A stretch of DNA of 64,000 nucleotides from Octopus vulgaris (Eukaryota): NCBI GenBank assembly GCA_951406725.2, contig OX597814.1, positions 87,606,001-87,670,000 on the forward strand, read 5' to 3'. Below the pieces are notes generated by a model. That model did no database searches. It saw nothing but the letters and a program-made list of their open reading frames with translations, and was not told the DNA's origin. Made by a program: the position numbers and the translations under genes. This document shows, piece after piece, positions 12,280 through 23,346 of the stretch (the first letter of the stretch is position 1; the number at the start of each line of letters is the position of its first letter).

Positions 12280-12985
12280 CATATAACCCCTCAAAGTTTT
12301 TTTTTTAATAATTAGAGCCTCTCGCCGGTAAATTGCAATTTAAGAAAAACCCGACTTTGTTTCCTCATAACTTTCAGGAAATGGATATTTTAAAATGAAA
12401 TCCACTACAAATATGCTTCTGATAGTGTAGATTCCGATTATATCAGAATTTGTAGGTGAAAAAATCTCTGCGTGCGGGGAGAGGAGTTTCGGAAACATGA
12501 GTCGGCTTTGTTTCCCTATAATTTTCAGAAAAATGGATACTTTTTCATATTTTCTATAAATTAATACCTTTCAGAGTGTGAAGGTTACGATTATATAGGA
12601 ATTCAATGTATTAAAAAAAGAAAAGTGACCTCACACTCAGACATACTGACACACATCACAATTCCTTTCAAGAAATTTTAAGTTCCATTTTGTAGATATA
12701 TGTAATGTGGATGTGTAACAGTATGTATGTGCAATTAAACCTTTTTTTTTTTTCATTCCAATATAATCGTAATCTACACACTCTCTGAAGGTATTTGCTG
12801 AAAATTACCCATGTTTCTGAAAGTTATGAGGAATTCCCAAAACCCCTCTCCCCATTCAGAGGGGGGGGGGTGCTTTTCACAACAATCTCCAATATAATAG
12901 GATTCTATAATTCATGTGAAGCGCATTTGTTGAAAATTTAACAAAAATATGCATTTTTCTGAAAGTTACAAAGAAACAGAGTCAG
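12280..12985. repeat. Dispersed repeat with internal direct and inverted subunits
   Basis: GGGGAGAGGAGTTTCGGAAA and CATAACTTTCAGGAAATGGAT subunits recur here and at about 14760-14900 and 49280-49500. Confidence 0.5.
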
Positions 12986-13752
12986 TGAGAGACGCATAGT
13001 TGTGTAGGTATGCCGGATTTTAAAAAGTGCAATCAGTCAACTTACTAAAGGTAGCAGCTAAATCTTCCTCAAACCACACAATTCTTCAATTAATGATAGT
13101 TCACAACAAAAGCGTCTTTTGATCAAAGATTTGCTCGATCGGGTCTGCCCTAGTGTCAAATCATTACGGGCCACTAATTATTAGCATAAGTCGGGGAACA
13201 ACTGAATTCTTTTATTTCTGACACTTAAGTCTGTAAATTAATAAACTTGGTTTCCCACTTTGAAATGAATTAATTGAAAGGGGGAAAATGGTATTTTTTA
13301 AATGTTACACAAAAACAAGGGTTAAAATGAGCAACAAAAAAAAACAGAAAATATAGAATAGGATACGATGAAAGATAGTGACTAGGTATGCAGTTGGAGC
13401 TGATGCTTGAAGAGTATTTAGGCAAAATTACTTAACATTTTTGTTAAGTAATTTTGCCTAAATCTAGAAAATGATCTGTACATATTTCATAAACAATTAA
13501 GAATATTAAATGCCAATCAAAAAACTTACAACTTTTAGAAGCCAAAATATGAGTATCTTCTCCAATGTTGATGCAACCCAGACTTGCGTCGCTGCCAAAT
13601 TTGTGCTAAGAACAAACGAAGGTTATGAGAAACATGGCCTTGATTTTTTTTTTTGAAAAGTTGGGCGTCAGCTGAAACTTTCGATATGAACCAAGGGGGA
13701 GAATTGGTAGTTAGAGATACTTTAATATGATCAAGTCGCAAGAAATTCTTGG

Positions 13753-14193
13753 GGATCTTTTCCTTTTGAACGGCACTTTTCAACACAATTTCTAGTTAAC
13801 TAAACACTTTTAAACTTCGTATACTGGTAGAATGTGTTTATAAAACATCACTTTTTTCTTGGCTTTATTGAGAAAATTCTATATGTTGTAACATATTTCG
13901 TCTTTAATTTCGAGCATTTCGGCAATTTTAACCAATCGCTTACGTCCATTTAGGTAAATAACATTCTGCGCATAATGAACAGAATGTTATTTACCTAAAT
14001 GGACGTAAGCGATTGGTTAAAATTGCCGAAATGCTCGAAATTAAAGACGAAATATGTTACAACATATAGAATTTTCTCAATAAAGCCAAGAAAAATGATG
14101 TTTTATAAACACATTCTACCAGTATACGAAGTTTAAAACTTTTTAGTTACCTAGAAATTATGTTACAAAGTGCCGTTCAAAAGGAAAAGATCC
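13753..14193. mobile_element. Fully palindromic MITE, 441 bp, 8-bp TSD (Merlin-like)
   Basis: Arms 13753-13968 and 13980-14193, 11-nt loop; termini GGATCTTTTCC...GGAAAAGATCC; perfect TSD ATTCTTGG at 13745-13752 and 14194-14201. Confidence 0.9.
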
Positions 14194-14973
14194 ATTCTTG
14201 GTTTTCGACTCCGATTAGCCCAGATCTAGTTATCTCACGACCATAGGCATTCCGGCCATGACAATCCCGTCTTTTACTTATATGTTGAGAACCCAGAAAC
14301 ACATTATCCAATCGATAATGTAGCTCAGGATTCTCTGCTCAAAGGAAAACAGTTTACTTAAAAGCAAACTCCTGCTCAAATTATGACGTATTTTAAGATT
14401 TTTAACGAATTATTTATTTAATTATATACACAGCTATGACAATTTCACTTTCGCAGATATCAAAGTTACTTTTTTAAGAAGTTATGGTGTGATTTAAGGA
14501 AAATTTGGCTGGTATTTCTAGCATGTGAAGCCTTTACACACGGGCTGGCTTCTGAAATAAGTCTTCTCCCTCAATAGCGGCGACTGTTGCAAAGGAGGAG
14601 GAAGCTATCAATTCCAAATGTTACGTATTATATATGTAATTATCTAAAAAAAATTAATTTTTTAATCGTTAAAACTTCAGAACGGTTAATATAAAGATCT
14701 TCACCCGTTAACAAAGACAAAAAAAAAAACCAATACGACAAAAAAATTTGCGCAAACGAACCTGGGAGGTGGAGAGAGGACTTTCGGAAAATTCACAAGA
14801 TCCGATTTTTCCGTCATAACTTTCGGGAAAATTGATATATATCGATTTTTTTTTACGGAATCCCACGTTTTTGGTTATGGAGGATCCAATTCTGAAAAAG
14901 AGTTTTCAAAAATCGCATTTTCAAACTTTCGATTTTCCGGCCTTGGCCTTCAAGCAGGCTATCCACATGCTAG

Positions 14974-15173
14974 AAATAACAGCCAAATCTCAGTTTTTTT
15001 TTTTTTTAAACTTTTTTGAATTCTTTTTGGCAAGACTTCCGCCCGTCTAACCCCCCGCCCACACACACACACAAAAAAAAATAACCACCCTTAAAAAAAA
15101 AGACAGGTGGAAGTCTTGCCAAAAAGAATTCAAAAAAGTTTTTTTAAAAAAAACTGAGATTTGGCTGTTATTT
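14974..15173. repeat. Inverted repeat with about 75-bp arms
   Basis: AAATAACAGCCAAATCTCAG...GGCAAGACTTCC(GCCCGTCT) at 14974-15048, mirrored at 15101-15173. Confidence 0.8.
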
Positions 15174-16619
15174 TAATAGAGAGAGAGACAGACAGACAGG
15201 CAGATAACATCTGTCAGTTTTCATCTGTCAAATTCACTCAAAAGGCTATGGTTGGCCTGAGGTTATAGTAGAAGACACATCACCAAGGTACCACACAGTG
15301 TGACTAAATCCAAGACCACATGGTTGGGAAGCAAGCTTCTTAATGATTTTTTTTAAAGGCTGTCTCAGTTAATTTTGAAAATGCTCTCCCATCCTGAGAA
15401 ATATTTATAAAATCAAAGTACTGAGCAAAGAGGGAATTCATATGCACTTGTTAAGGCTAAGAGTAAACCATTTTCTTTTTGTCTTTTTTATATGTTAATA
15501 TCCAGTGGAGGAAGAACAGTGCTCATGTCTCTTTTCAGAGTCTTGCTGACTTGTAGGAGAAAGGAGGTAGCTATCTCAAGACAAGACACCAGCCCAAATA
15601 ATTGCAATACACTGTACTCTGTAAAAGTATCTACTGGCCAGATGGTGGTGTTAAACTGGACTCTACTATCAATAGGGAATCTAGAGAGGAAACAAGAATC
15701 ATAGACAGGATCATGGAGAAAGAGATAAGGAGGTCATATAAAATTTAAGATGGCCATATGTTTACCATCAAAGCAATATTTTTGTAACTGGATTTGTTCC
15801 ACATCTAGGATCTGACATTTACATCCATCATAACTCTAAATATTATATTAGTTACTGGTCAGGTGTGCCTAAAAGCTAATTTGTGAATTGTCATTGGCAA
15901 CACTTCTTGTAATCTGATACTGAGGACATTAGTTATGTGATCTGGAGAAAGAAAAAAATGCAGAATAACACATTAGATCAATAGCTCTCAACCAGGGTCT
16001 ATAAAAGATTTTCTAGGGTCCATGCCAGCAAAACAGTACATTAGGTGTCTGTGGATAGGAATCAAAGGAGTCCATGAATAAAACGGTGATTGAGAACCAC
16101 TGTATTAGTTGATGGCAAAGCTCTGGAGGGTTTTGCCGTGACTTTTGAGCACTATCTGTTAAATCTGTTCATCCACTCAGTATCTAGTGATATTCACCAT
16201 CGATTCAGTAAAATTCATTTGCCAAAATATTCAAATCCACCATGCTGTATCCCATGACATAAATGTAACCTGGCTTGGGTGGTTACATGTATTCTATCCA
16301 TAGCTGGGATTCTGACAGATGATACTATTCCTGGTCAGAGTAAACCTGGGAACAATAGGTAGCTATTCATGTCACATCTCTTGATTGGGACATCTGGCGT
16401 TGGAGAAGTTGCATTGGGCTGAGCAAGTTGCTTGACTGGATTGATTGATATTGATTTGTTGAAGGTCTACTAGAAAACTTTTTCCACTAGTATACGCTAT
16501 TTGAGACATCATTAACAAAAGTGGTAGAGGTAAAAGGTAGTACATTGAGCAACAGGGTTTTATAATTAAACAATAAAGTCTCTGCGTAGTTGTTTGGCCT
16601 GCTAGAGACAGCAACTAGA

Positions 16620-16839
16620 TTAACCCTTTCATTACTGTATTTATTTTGAGATGCTCTGTGTTTCTTTCAATTACTTTAAATATAATAGATAATTTTGTAA
16701 AACAACTTAATTATCATTCAGCTAGTGTTAAGAACATAAATTGTGACTAAGGTTTGGTGGAAGATTTTAATTCAAAAAACAAGACATTTGTACTCAGAGC
16801 CAGAGCCGGTTTCAGTCGGGTTGGTAATGAAAGGGTTAA
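16620..16839. mobile_element. piggyBac-type MITE
   Basis: TTAA-CCCTTTCATTAC...GTAATGAAAGGG-TTAA. Confidence 0.75.
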
Positions 16840-18066
16840 CCTGAAATTACACAATACTATCTTGTAGAGGGTAAACATATTCAATAATGTAATCTTAGGG
16901 TTTTAAAGAACAATAGAGAGCCATGTGCTCCCAATAATGGTCCTTTCTAAAAGCACCAGAAATGATTTTCTACCTAATAGTCATATTATTGCCATACAAA
17001 GAAAATATAATAATAATCTCAAAGGAGATTAACTATACCAGCTCTGATGCCAGAATGATATTTATCTCCATTGTAGTATGTAGAATGTAGGCACATCACA
17101 GCATGCACATGAAATAATTGTCAGTGAAGCAAAGCTAACACTGAATTTAATCATGACCATTTCTTCCTCAGTCTCTATTTATAGCTCAGTGAACTAAACT
17201 AGCAATAGCTTTTGTCATGAACACATCAATAATGTGAATCAAACAATCAAATATTATGATTCTCTTTGTCTCTACCTCCCAGTGTCTAGACATTGGTGTA
17301 ACACAATTTGAATAGGTTAGTCTTGTCAACTTTTTTTTTTATTAAAATTATTTTCAACTAGCAGAGATACCTAGCATTGCTTGGGATTAAAATGGTATTG
17401 TTTGTATATATATATATATTACAGTTATGTTGAAACATGTAATATTGGAAAGTGCAGCATTGACAACAAAACATTTGTGGAGTAAATGATGGTCTAATTC
17501 AGCTAAGCAACATATAATACATCCATTTGGAGGATTCCATGTCCTAACCTATCATGGAAAATTGGGAGTGGAAGGGTATATAATTTTTGAACCCACTGAA
17601 AAGTTGTCTGTGGATATACTCGCCTTTGAGGCGGTCAGTGTTGCATCTAACATGACTCATCATATGGTTGACAGTCAAATTAATGGAGATATTGTACATA
17701 AATGGGTACATTTGGGAAATGGGCTGCAATGGGAGATGGCAATGGAGAAGTGAATTGTTGAAATGTTGCAGAAGGTGAAGGGTTGACATTGGATTGCAGG
17801 TGTGGCTGTAGAATAAGAAATATAAAGTGAACTATGGAGTCACATGAGAATAAGTAGTAATGAATTATTTGAAAAAATAAGGCATAATGGCTTACCACGT
17901 GGTATGTATATAGTATGTCTAAATTTTTGTATGCAGTGTAAATTAATGAAATATAAGCAAATGAAGAAAACAGAAGCACATGTATGGAGCTGTTAATTTA
18001 ACAGTAAATGCTATAATAATTATTACAGAGAGACAAAGAATTATATATATATATATATATATATAT

Positions 18067-18266
18067 CACCTTGACCAACCAGTCTGTCAGGCGTCCATTT
18101 GACAACACTGGTCACAGCACGCTGTCCACTCCTCGCGCAGTTGTCGAGTGGTACCCACGCAAGCAGAAACGACCACCTGGAAGGCCTCCACAATGGTGGA
18201 ATTACGGTTTCAGGAGGACGATTGGGATCACGTGGATGAGAAAGGCGTGATCCAGAGAGAAGTGGA
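18067..18266 (-). mobile_element. RTE LINE 3' fragment with inverted 5' part
   Basis: Plus strand 18131-18266 encodes RAVVEWYPRKQKRPPGRPPQWW..SREKW (RTE C-terminus); the apparent continuation WTACCDQ.. lies inverted at 18067-18130; (TA)n on both sides. Confidence 0.65.
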
Positions 18267-18439
18267 TATATATATATATAAAGGATAAATTTCTTAATGT
18301 AAGGGTAAATATGTAATTGTAAATACCTTGCAACTGCTGCGATAATTAACTGGTGATGGAACAGTTAATGTGTATTTTTATATATACCTTGGACCTTGTG
18401 ACTTCATGGTTTTTTTTTTTCAAGAGTTTCACCTCTAGA

Positions 18440-19235
18440 ACTCACATACATACATTCAAGCATGTCAGTCGTCACATATGTATATGTATGTGTAGATGCG
18501 TGTGTTTGTTTGATAACATATGTAAGCGGAAACACACACACTCAGAGACACATACACATTCATACACTCACAGACAGATATACACTCATATACAAAATGT
18601 GATGTTGTCTTCATTGTTGTGGTATAAAATGTTCCTGACATAAATTCACATACATATACTGAAATAACCACACAGAGACATATATTCACACTTGTCAGTC
18701 ATTAACATATGTATATATATGTGTAGATGCGTGTGTGTGTGTGTTTAATAATGTACTTAACGCAGAAAGACACACACACACACTATGGGACATATACACA
18801 CTCATACACTTACACACATACACTCACAGACAGATACACAGTCATGTACAAAATGTGATGTCGTAGTCATGGTATAAAATATCCTGTTGATAATAGAAAG
18901 ATTATCTCTATGAAATGTTATATTGTTTTAATCGAAATGAAAATAAAATTTTGTATAGACACTGGCTAAGCCTCACATACATATAGTAAGATAGACACAC
19001 ACAGGCATACATTCACACATGCCAATCGTCACATATATATATATGCATGTGTTTAATAACATACCTAACACGGAAAGACACATACACTGAGATATATACA
19101 CACTCATATTTTTATACACATACATTCACAGACAGATACATAGTCATAGAAAATGTGATGTCATTGCCGTTATGGTATAAAATGTCTTGTTGACTATAGA
19201 AAGATTATCTCTATGAAATGTTATATTGTTTTAAC
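18440..19235. repeat. Three degenerate tandem copies of a 230-300 bp CA-rich unit
   Basis: CACAGACAGATA..AAAATGTGATGT..GGTATAAAAT recurs at about 18570, 18825 and 19127; ATAGAAAGATTATCTCTATGAAATGTTATATTGTTTTAA is shared by copies 2 and 3. Confidence 0.7.
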
Positions 19236-19261
19236 TCAATGCATTTTTTGAAGGTAAGGGC

Positions 19262-20427
19262 ATTGCTTTTATGTCCTGTTCTTGTCACTTTTTTTACCCC
19301 TCCGCAAAAAAATTTTATTTAATTCATTTTGCGGGAAGGACTGCTTCGGCGTGGTCGTGTTCTGCCCTTACCTTTGAAACACGCATTGAGTCGAAACAGG
19401 GGCAGCTGAAGAAGGGGAATGTTCCTTGTGTTGTTTGTCTTGTAATCTGTTTTTTGTTGTTAAAAAAAGTGTTTCCTTGATTGGTTTTATGTTTTCGTTT
19501 CTCGTTGTGTTCTACGTTTATTTGTGGTGTCCTGTATTCATATATGCATGTATATATACATATAGATGTAGGTATATACATATATGTATGTATGTATGCA
19601 TATGTTTTATTTATTAAATTGTTATTATATGATTGAACGCACGCGTCGTTTTCTTCTTCTTCCAAGTAAGTTTTATTTCAATAATTATGACGCGTACTCT
19701 TTACTTGACCTTTCCTCCCTGCCTGTCTGTCTTCCTCTCTACCCGTCACTCTCCTTATTTTTCACCCTTTCTGGTTTCTTCTCCTCTCTCTCTCACTCCT
19801 CCTCCTCTCTCCCGTCGCTGACCAGAGGGCTGCTAACTTTCTTTCTGCCCACTGCTTTCAACAAGTCAACATTGGCTTTTTTCTGTCTTCCGCAAGCCGA
19901 TCTTCAGAATGCGTTCTAATGAATTTTTCCATCTAGGCTTAAAAAAAAGCCCTTATTGTTGGTTTCCTTGTCCTGTCTTTTACTGTTTTTATCTTTATTT
20001 GTACTGTTTTTTTCTTCATTTGTATTGCTTTTACGTCCTGTTCTTGTCACTTTTTTTACCCCTCCGCAAAAAAATTTTAATTCATTTTGCGGGAAGGACT
20101 GCTTTGGCATGGTCGTGTTCTGCCCTTACCTTCAAAACACGCATTGAGTCGAAACAGGGGCAGCTGAAGAAGGGGAATGTTCCTTGTGTTGTTTGTCTTG
20201 TACTCTGTTTTTTCGTTGTTAAAAAAAGTTTGTTTCCTTGTTTGGTTTTATGTTTTCATTTCTCATTGTGTTCTACGTTTATTTGTGGTGTCCTGTACTC
20301 ATATATGCATGTATATATACATATAGATGTAGGTATGTACATATATGTATGTGTGTATGCATATGTTTTATTTATTAAATTGTTATTATATGATTGAACG
20401 CACGCGTCGTTTTCTTCTTTCAAGTTT
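19262..20427 (+). mobile_element. Non-coding partial-tandem element (two about 400-bp direct repeats, 762-bp period), PLE pLTR/retrozyme-like
   Basis: 19262-19668 is nearly identical to 20024-20427; ends in (TA)n; no credible ORF. Confidence 0.65.
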
Positions 20428-20634
20428 TATATATATATATATTTATATATATATAAATGTGACCTCGTGTGTACCGTTGGCGATTTTTTTCCTCTGTCTT
20501 CCCTTCTCTGATGTTTCCAACGAAGAGCTCTGCTCGAAACGTTAAACCCTCCTTCTTTCCTGAGCGTCCAATAATACTATATTTGTTCCATGTCCTCGTG
20601 TTGTGTTTTTTTTGTGCTTTCTTGTTTGGATTAA

Positions 20635-20706
<72 letters not shown>

Positions 20707-20717
20707 ATATATATATA

Positions 20718-21612
20718 CACTCCTGCCACCCATCCCTCACAAAAAGAAACATCCCATATAGTATGGCAAGATGAATATGTAGCATAGTAACTGATTCACA
20801 AGTATGACTAATTAGACTAGATGAACTTAAAACTTCCTCCTAGAGCAAAAATACCCCCTTAAACTAATAGAAAATGGAATCACAAGACCATTGAAACTAG
20901 ACATCGCACAACTCAGGACACTCAAGACAAAAAACAAAGAAAACATTATCCCTTTTATAAACACGCACAACCCTGGAGTTACCAACATGTTCCAAACCAT
21001 ACATTCAAACCTGCCAATAGCCTTACAAAGCCTCAAAATGAAAAACATATTAAACAAATATAGCATAAAAAACAGTAGACGACAGGACAAAAACCTAAAG
21101 AAACACCTAACAAGAGCGAAATTCTCTTCAGAAACTAAAATGGAATTCTTTGCAAAAGAGTGCGGAGATGGTAGATGTGGGATCTGCAGCAACCCCACCT
21201 ACAAATACATAGAGGGAAACAGAGAGATGAGATTTAAAAGTGGTTACGTATTTAAAGTAAATGCAGATATGAACTGCAAGATGCAGAACGTTATATACTG
21301 CATAACCTGCCCCACGTGCAAGGAGGATTACATAGGTGAAACTGGTAATTCTTTGTGCCAGCGAGCCAGGATTCACCGACAACATGTTCGGCAGGAAGAA
21401 CTACGCAAGATACCACTAAGTACACACCTAGCTACATTTAAGATCTTTCCCTTCTACAAATGTCCGAAGAACAACACCTCTTTCAGGAGGAATATGGAAA
21501 AATATTTCATAGCTAAGTTCTCCCCCAAATTAAATGGCTGAAATTTTACTCATCATACATTGAAGGACAAATCTTTCGATTTACAATGTAATATAGTAGA
21601 ACATTTAGTATA

Positions 21613-21665
<53 letters not shown>

Positions 21666-21930
21666 ATATATATATTACCTGTTATATACATTATATTATT
21701 TTTGTAATTTACTTAATCTTTACTTTTTAATTGTCATTTTAATTTTAACTTTCCTATGATATGCAATTCTCAAGATGGTGTAATTTGATTGTTCATTTTG
21801 AATCTATAAAAGGTGTTTTTTTATCTAATATTTCATGTATAAGCATGTATATATATAGTGGTATAAATATCAACACAATTTTTTCCCCTTCCTCCCTTTT
21901 TTTCTCTCTTCCCTTCTCCAAACTCACAGA

Positions 21931-21967
<37 letters not shown>

Positions 21968-22580
21968 GGACACACACACACACCTCCACAAAAACGATCA
22001 TAAAAAGTGGAAAGAATTCTTAAACCCAAAAAAGCATTTGACCATTAAACACACACATTCTCTCACAACTATAAAAGGAAATATAATTTATGGTCTGCCT
22101 CCCCGCCACCACACACTCAGTGACACTGTGAAGTGGTCAAAACTGAAATTCTTTCTTTTTTTCCCAAGGCCTTAGAACCCCCTTGAAGTCAATATTCTGT
22201 CCAGCAGACCAAAAAAATTCTTTTCTTCTTCCCTCTTCCTTCCCCTCTTTTTCTTTAGCACTCATCCCAGATACAAAAACACACACATACACACATGTTC
22301 TCTCTCTCACTTTCTCCTCATCCATCACCCTCTTGTACTGTCTTATATTCCTCCCCACCACTACAAACTCTATAAAATGGTCAAAACTCCTCACACAAGA
22401 ACTTAGTTTGATTTGAAAACCCCACTAGAATGGGAAAAAGCGCTAATGATCTAAGTGATATGGTTGCGGCCTTCCGGCTAAAACATTTTTAAGGATTTAA
22501 GGATATATAAAAAATGTAATATACAAATAAATATCTGTAAATATAAACCATCTGATTTTCTGAGTACCTCATTTCTTCTA
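20718..22580 (+). mobile_element. 5'-truncated Penelope-like element (Neptune-like) with open linker/GIY-YIG region (ORF 20891-21541)
   Basis: HSCHPSLTKRNIPYSMAR, KECGDGRCGICS linker, NVIYCITCPTCKEDYIGETG..RARIH, FKIFPFY..EKYFIAKFSPKLN; flanked and interrupted by (TA)n. Confidence 0.85.
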
Positions 22581-22605
22581 ATATATATATACATATATAT
22601 ATATT

Positions 22606-22645
<40 letters not shown>

Positions 22646-22675
22646 TATATATATATATATATATATTCATATATA

Positions 22676-23132
22676 AAATGAGATAGGGGTTGTAAATTCA
22701 ACCCTCCATGGGATAACATATATCCAATATACTGCTAGAGAGGTACCCAACAAAACTAATACATAAATGTTAAAAATTGCGATGCAATTAATTCATCTAC
22801 TGTATTATGTGGGCAAGGGTAAAATTATTACCGTAAATTAATAATACAAAATGAGAAAATGGAGAAACATACCTAAATCAATCATCGACCATCAGATAAT
22901 ACCCAATCAATACTTTATTAAACCATTACACAACAGCATAATATTATACATAATATATTACAAATATAACTAGACATAGAAATAGAAATAGAATTCTATG
23001 TCTAGTTATATTTGTAATATATTATGTATAATGTCATTGCTGTTGTGTAATGGTTTAATAAAGTATTGATTGGGTATTATCTGATGGTCGATGATTGATT
23101 TAGGTATGTTTCTCCATTTTCTCATTTTGTAT
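22676..23132. mobile_element. Asymmetric fold-back insertion in a (TA)n microsatellite
   Basis: Arms at about 22845-22982 and 22994-23132 are near-perfect reverse complements; left arm extends about 170 bp further; TC-interrupted TA repeat on both sides. Confidence 0.75.
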
Positions 23133-23168
23133 ATATTCATATATATATATATACATATATATATATTC

Positions 23169-23200
<32 letters not shown>

Positions 23201-23202
23201 TC

Positions 23203-23260
<58 letters not shown>

Positions 23261-23346
23261 TCATATATATATATATATACATATATATATACATACATAT
23301 ATATATACATATATATATATATACACATATATACATATATATATAC

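Noticed and set aside
11700-12350. Divergent plus-strand gene from extra ETS-like sites (about 11724, 12172)
   Set aside because: No plus-strand exon or ORF could be identified.
22448-22500. Possible hammerhead in the Neptune-like pLTR (also 32939-32974, GAAACAGCTGTA)
   Set aside because: Core and stems too degenerate to support.
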